DNA from: a virus
Lineage: Duplodnaviria; Heunggongvirae; Uroviricota; Caudoviricetes
DNA length: 64,000 nt
IMG/VR virus record: IMGVR_UViG_3300028602_000005
Location: 146,137-210,136 of that record
Strand: one strand, 5' to 3'
Shown piece by piece: positions 59,246 through 64,000 of this stretch. How positions within the stretch are numbered: the first letter of the stretch is position 1; each line of letters begins with the position of its first letter. Both the position numbers and the translations under genes were made by a program. The notes under the pieces were generated by a model, which was given only the letters and a program-made list of their open reading frames with translations, was not told where the DNA came from and did no database searches.

Positions 59246-59320
59246 ACTTCGTTTACTCCTTTTTCTCTTTTTTGGTTTTTTTGGTTTTTAATTACTAATT
59301 TAAATTAAAAATATATTCGA

Positions 59321-60028
59321 CTAAATAATTATTTCTCTTCTTATAGCATTTACCCTAACAGTATTTATATCAAAATAAATATCATTAGGAATAAAATTGT
59401 TTATTTTATTATCCTTTAAACAATTTTTGACATTATAAAAAATAGCACACATCAATATTGCCGCAAAACAATTTGCAAAATATAATTGCGGTTCAGATTG
59501 ACTTAATTCTTCACATGACATTTCATGTGGCATTTTTCCAACTGGATTTTCTATTTCTGGATGATAATCCGTAATTTTAGGTGTTAAACTATTTCCATTT
59601 AATTTTATAAATAGTTGTGCGTTTCCATCTTCATATTCATTCCCACCAGATATTAAAATTACATTATTTAATTTACTTGCATGATCTGAAATTAATTTTC
59701 TAGTTGGATGATTATCAACGCATATAAAAATTATACAATTATCTTTAATGATAGAATTAATATTATCTTTATTAATATAATCATTAAATGATGAAAAACA
59801 AATATTTTTAAATTTTCTATTAAGTTCTTCTAGTTTAGATTCAGCTTTATTTTTCATATTTTCAAATACTTGTCTTTCAAGATTCTTATGTTCGTATGAA
59901 TCACCATCAATTAATACAATATCAAAACTATCCTTTATTGAATAGTTTATAAATCTTGAAATTTTTTCTGACAATTCTGAACCAATACCACCCAAACCGA
60001 CAATGTATATTTTATCAAAATTATCCAT
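59321..60028 (-). CDS. ThiF/E1 ubiquitin-like activating enzyme
   Basis: VGLGGIG, IDGDSYEHKNLERQ, NKA, CVDN..TR, SGGN, candidate catalytic SCEE and PQL..AN. Confidence 0.9.
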   Translation of the reverse strand: MDNFDKIYIVGLGGIGSELSEKISRFINYSIKDSFDIVLIDGDSYEHKNLERQVFENMKNKAESKLEELNRKFKNICFSSFNDYINKDNINSIIKDNCIIFICVDNHPTRKLISDHASKLNNVILISGGNEYEDGNAQLFIKLNGNSLTPKITDYHPEIENPVGKMPHEMSCEELSQSEPQLYFANCFAAILMCAIFYNVKNCLKDNKINNFIPNDIYFDINTVRVNAIRREIII

Positions 60029-60031
60029 TAA

Positions 60032-61171
60032 TTATTCTCCATTTACAGATTCTAATAAATTTACACTCTCATTCATAGTGTTAATGCCGATATCTCCTAA
60101 AGATATTTCCGTTAAAGAATCTTGAAACTCCAGAAAATAATCTCTTAAGTAAAATTTTTTTATTTTTTCACTATCATTTTTTTTATCTTCTAATTTTAAA
60201 TTTTCTAAAGTTTCTTCATCAACATAAACACCATTAATTAGAAAATGTTTAACCCATTCACCATTTTTATTTTTTGCATAATACATTGGTACTGACGGAT
60301 ATTTATTATTACCGTCACCACTTTTATTAATGTAATTATAAATGTTTCTTTCTGGTTTTGAAACTTTACTTAACCACAATTTATTAAAATTCTTTTCATT
60401 ACCATCCAAAATAAAGTTTGTTAAATATCTTTCAATTTTTTTATAAGATTTCTTTTCCTCCTTTCTATCAAATAAATTTTTATATCCTAAAATCTCTGCA
60501 TAATTTTCCCACCAAATACTTTCTGAATCTGATTTATAAGAAACTGTTGTATATGGTTCTTCTAATTCAACAAATTTTATTCCTTCGATATAATCTTCAG
60601 GATTCTTTTTTATTCTTATATTATTAGATACAAGAGAACAAACCACAGACACTTCTTCTTTATTAAGATTACCCACTGTTATATGAATACCATCAAAATA
60701 TTTCTCATCATTTACATCTGTTCCAGAATGAAAAGCTCCGAAATCAGAATGACTATGAATTGAACCTATCAACACCAAATTATCATCGTCATCTTTTTCA
60801 GTCCTTCCTTCATATTTAACGGAAGCAGATGAGACTTCTTGATCTGGAACATCTAAGCTATATTCTAATGTATTTATATTTAAATATAACAGAATTACAG
60901 ATTCAGTTTTATATTTTTCATAAATCGATTTTAAGAAATTAAAAGCTTTCTTCGTTATTTTTGTGGGTATTTTAGGAATATTTACATTTACACTTGTTTC
61001 CATTTTTTCTAAAAATGGAATTTTTTCTACAGGAACTATGCTTTGAATAAATCCCAATTTCTTTTTAAGATAAATACCATTTCCATTTATAATGTAACAT
61101 ATATTATTTTCTTCTATTATTTTTTTACACTCTTCACTTCCATCATAAACAACAACCGGAAATAAAATCAT
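60032..61171 (-). CDS. JAB/MPN+ metallopeptidase (deconjugase-like)
   Basis: TE, VPDQEVS and GSIHSHSDFGAFHSGTD..DE (HxH-x7-S-x2-D type). Confidence 0.9.
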   Translation of the reverse strand: MILFPVVVYDGSEECKKIIEENNICYIINGNGIYLKKKLGFIQSIVPVEKIPFLEKMETSVNVNIPKIPTKITKKAFNFLKSIYEKYKTESVILLYLNINTLEYSLDVPDQEVSSASVKYEGRTEKDDDDNLVLIGSIHSHSDFGAFHSGTDVNDEKYFDGIHITVGNLNKEEVSVVCSLVSNNIRIKKNPEDYIEGIKFVELEEPYTTVSYKSDSESIWWENYAEILGYKNLFDRKEEKKSYKKIERYLTNFILDGNEKNFNKLWLSKVSKPERNIYNYINKSGDGNNKYPSVPMYYAKNKNGEWVKHFLINGVYVDEETLENLKLEDKKNDSEKIKKFYLRDYFLEFQDSLTEISLGDIGINTMNESVNLLESVNGE

Positions 61172-61199
61172 ATTTAAAATGTCCTTTCTTCATATTCAA

Positions 61200-63776
61200 T
61201 TAACATTTTTTGTAATCTAGATATTTTTTATTAATTTTAATATCACTATTTTCTTTAATTTCAACTATATTTCCATTAAAAGTAAATTTTATATTTACTT
61301 TTTTATTACTACCTTTTTTCCTATTTTGAATTTTAGGTTTAAAGTTTTTCAATCTTACATAATTTTCATATAAATATATTACTCCAAAAGCTGGCATACT
61401 ATCTCTTTTGAAACTTAAACCATACTTTAATGATGATTTTTTAGTAAGTATTATATATTTATTATAATTATTATCTTTTATGATTATATCACCAATATCT
61501 AGATTATTTTGAGGAAACATATTTACAGCACGATAATTTGGTTTATTTATTTCCGAAAAGTCATTTTCTATCATATATTCATTTTCTGGTAATATAAATT
61601 CAAAATTCTTAAATAAGTTATCATTTATATAATATAATTCTTTATTTTTCGTTATAAATATTTCATTATCTGTTGGTTTTTCATCATAAAAACCTATGAT
61701 TTTATCAATAGTTATTCCATCCTTTTTTATTTCTGTTCCAGATACTAAATCACTTTTATCGCTTTTTGTTTTAATTTTTATAATTTTATCTATTGCTAAA
61801 TTAAAGAAATACTTATTATTGCCTAAATGGTAGTTATAAAAAATCGGAATAGAATTAAACTGTTCATTACCACTACAATAATAAAGAATATTTATTTGTT
61901 CACTAAGAGATTGTATTGAACGTACTTTACCAAATTCAACCTTATCTACGTTTGATAACATAAAATATTCTTCTGTTTTAAAATCAAAATGATCTCCTGT
62001 TAAATTAAATATAAAAATAGAACTTCTATCTTCTGAAAATGATGAAACTAATCTACCTACTGTTCTATTTAGATCAAGAGTACATATTTCTTTAAGAAAA
62101 TAATCATATGATGTTTGATGTCTTAATTCATAAGCTTTAACAAACGTATTCGATACATCAATATATTTTTTAAATCCTTCTTTTTCTATAAATATTTTTT
62201 TATTATCAACTTCTAAATCCACAAGTTTATCATAAAGTAAACAGAAATTATTCGGAGGATTAAATTCTGATATTTCATCATTTAAATTATTTAAATCAAA
62301 CAATTTTTTAAAATCAAATAAACTAATATTTAAAGATTTACTTGGGGAATCCATCATACAAACCATATATTCGCCATTAGGATCAAAACCTAAAAATTTA
62401 AATTTTATTAATAATTCTGGAAAATCAATAAAATATTTAGAATAATTAGCATTGGTTTTAAATTTTAATGTATATTCTTTCTCTTTTTCAAGTGTTAAAG
62501 ATTCTATTTTTAAAGTATCTTCCAATATTAAATGTTTAAAATTTTCTGCTTTTTTAATATTTAAAAATACTCTTGAACCATTAATATTTATAAAAAGAAG
62601 ATCACTACTTATAATTTTAATATTTTCAATTACACCACTCTCATATTTACTATTTTCTTTTTTAAAAGATACTGTATCTCCTATTTTAAATAATTCGTCA
62701 TTAATGGTTATTTCTTTTATAATATTAAGTTTTTTATTTAAAAATTCTAACTCATCTGATTTTGAATTTAAAATTACTTTTATAATATCTGAATTATTAT
62801 TTTCAACATCATTATCCTTTAAATATATTATTGCATTATTATCTTTTTCTATTTCGAAAACTTTATATATTTTTTGATCAATTTCAAAAAGATCATTTAA
62901 TTCAATAAAACCATATTCAGTATAATGATCAAAATGATTTATTTTTTCCTTATTTTTAGATTTTACGTCAGTAAAGAAATTTGAAGGTGCTAAAAATCTC
63001 TTTAAAGATCTTTCATCAAACCCTTTTTGAATATTTGAAAGTTCTATCATTTTTCTTAAACTATAATTATTTACAGGCCAATCAACTTTAAAAATAAAAC
63101 CTGGATCTTTTTTAGTAAAATGCTCCCATGACATAAAACCTAAAATATTTGATTTTTTAGTAAACTTGAAAAATGTTTCTGTTACATCCAGATTAAAAAC
63201 ATTAAAGAAGAAAGAATCGATAATACTTTCTATTTTCATATTATTTTCTATACGACCTATACAAATATTATTATAATCATCATATATATTTGGTAAACAT
63301 GAATTTAATAATGAATCATCTAAACTTGTTAAAGGATTGAGTCTAAAGAAAACTCTCATATCGTAAAATATTTTATTTTGCATAGAAATATATAATATTA
63401 ACCAAGGAAATGAAATAGAAACTCTAGCTGGATCATTAGACTTTAAACTACCATAATCATAAAATCTATTAGAAATATCTATTTCTCCTATTAAATTACT
63501 ATTTTTTAACTGTTGATATTCTCTAAGTAATAAATCAGGTGAAACACTAATTGTTCTTATCATTGGTGGATATTCTAAAACTATATTTTCTAATAAATTG
63601 TAATCTTTACCATAATATCTACAATTTTGCGGTAAAATTCCATCATAAGTAAAATAATCTTTAAAGTTAATTAATAAATCTTTTGTACTAATTAAATTTT
63701 GTGGTTCAGATATTTCTTCAAAATTTAAATTTTTTACACTAAAAGAATATGAATCATCAATAACTATTTTGTCCAT
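61200..63776 (-). CDS. Prokaryotic E2-like domain with long C-terminal extension
   Basis: ILPQNCRY, SFPWLI, LPNIYDDYNNICIG and FF...FNLD in the first ~240 aa; next to JAB and E1. Confidence 0.7.
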   Translation of the reverse strand: MDKIVIDDSYSFSVKNLNFEEISEPQNLISTKDLLINFKDYFTYDGILPQNCRYYGKDYNLLENIVLEYPPMIRTISVSPDLLLREYQQLKNSNLIGEIDISNRFYDYGSLKSNDPARVSISFPWLILYISMQNKIFYDMRVFFRLNPLTSLDDSLLNSCLPNIYDDYNNICIGRIENNMKIESIIDSFFFNVFNLDVTETFFKFTKKSNILGFMSWEHFTKKDPGFIFKVDWPVNNYSLRKMIELSNIQKGFDERSLKRFLAPSNFFTDVKSKNKEKINHFDHYTEYGFIELNDLFEIDQKIYKVFEIEKDNNAIIYLKDNDVENNNSDIIKVILNSKSDELEFLNKKLNIIKEITINDELFKIGDTVSFKKENSKYESGVIENIKIISSDLLFININGSRVFLNIKKAENFKHLILEDTLKIESLTLEKEKEYTLKFKTNANYSKYFIDFPELLIKFKFLGFDPNGEYMVCMMDSPSKSLNISLFDFKKLFDLNNLNDEISEFNPPNNFCLLYDKLVDLEVDNKKIFIEKEGFKKYIDVSNTFVKAYELRHQTSYDYFLKEICTLDLNRTVGRLVSSFSEDRSSIFIFNLTGDHFDFKTEEYFMLSNVDKVEFGKVRSIQSLSEQINILYYCSGNEQFNSIPIFYNYHLGNNKYFFNLAIDKIIKIKTKSDKSDLVSGTEIKKDGITIDKIIGFYDEKPTDNEIFITKNKELYYINDNLFKNFEFILPENEYMIENDFSEINKPNYRAVNMFPQNNLDIGDIIIKDNNYNKYIILTKKSSLKYGLSFKRDSMPAFGVIYLYENYVRLKNFKPKIQNRKKGSNKKVNIKFTFNGNIVEIKENSDIKINKKYLDYKKC

Positions 63777-63779
63777 TTT

Positions 63780-63998
63780 TCACCTTTCATATTTATCTTT
63801 AAAATAATTTAAAATAACTTTATTTAAATCAGAAAAGAATGAATTAATATCTTTATTTATATTTTCATCTAAAAAGCAAGCAAGTTCAATTATTGATATA
63901 GTTTTGTCTAAACCTTCAAAAAATTCTTCTTCCTTTCGATTTTTATCTTTTTTTAATAATATAGTTTCGGAATCAATACAATTTATATTTAAAGATAA
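63780..63998 (-). CDS. Partial CDS (runs off the window)
   Basis: Frame open from the window end to TGA at 63780-63782. Confidence 0.6.
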   Translation of the reverse strand, partial: LSLNINCIDSETILLKKDKNRKEEEFFEGLDKTISIIELACFLDENINKDINSFFSDLNKVILNYFKDKYER

Positions 63999-64000
63999 TG

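Noticed and set aside
40-62877. Antisense or shadow ORFs in the track (e.g. 297..701, 7214..7519, 15629..15958, 30518..30859, 33614..34126, 52494..52826, 62452..62877)
   Set aside because: They lie opposite or inside well-supported genes and have the F/S/L/I-rich composition expected from the reverse strand of AT-rich coding DNA.
1-64000. Genome-wide stop-codon reassignment
   Set aside because: Long genes are intact under the standard code and TAA, TAG and TGA all end genes; only one internal TGA was noticed.

Overview
Very AT-rich (roughly 22-25% GC by eye), gene-dense segment of a large contractile-tailed (jumbo, myovirus-like) bacteriophage using the standard bacterial code and GGAG/GGAGG Shine-Dalgarno sites. 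It carries morphogenesis genes (tail sheath, tube, gp25/gp26/gp6-like baseplate parts, tape-measure-like protein, large terminase plus a degenerate terminase-ATPase paralogue) and an unsplit phage multisubunit RNA polymerase (beta' then beta). Two recurrent intergenic motifs, TATATATATTA and TAGAACA, look like early and late promoters. Two systems stand out. (1) A Ro60/TROVE gene is preceded by a roughly 0.8 kb non-coding array with four Y-RNA-like units on one scaffold, each carrying a different tRNA-derived module: a circularly permuted T/acceptor/D domain (YrlA type), an anticodon(UAU) arm plus T arm, a lone anticodon(UGU) stem-loop, and a lone T-loop. (2) A complete ubiquitin-like conjugation cassette (E2, JAB, E1, Ubl), plus a second E1/E2-like pair, lies co-oriented and just upstream of the RNA polymerase genes. 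All calls come from motif recognition and manual base-pairing; no searches were run.
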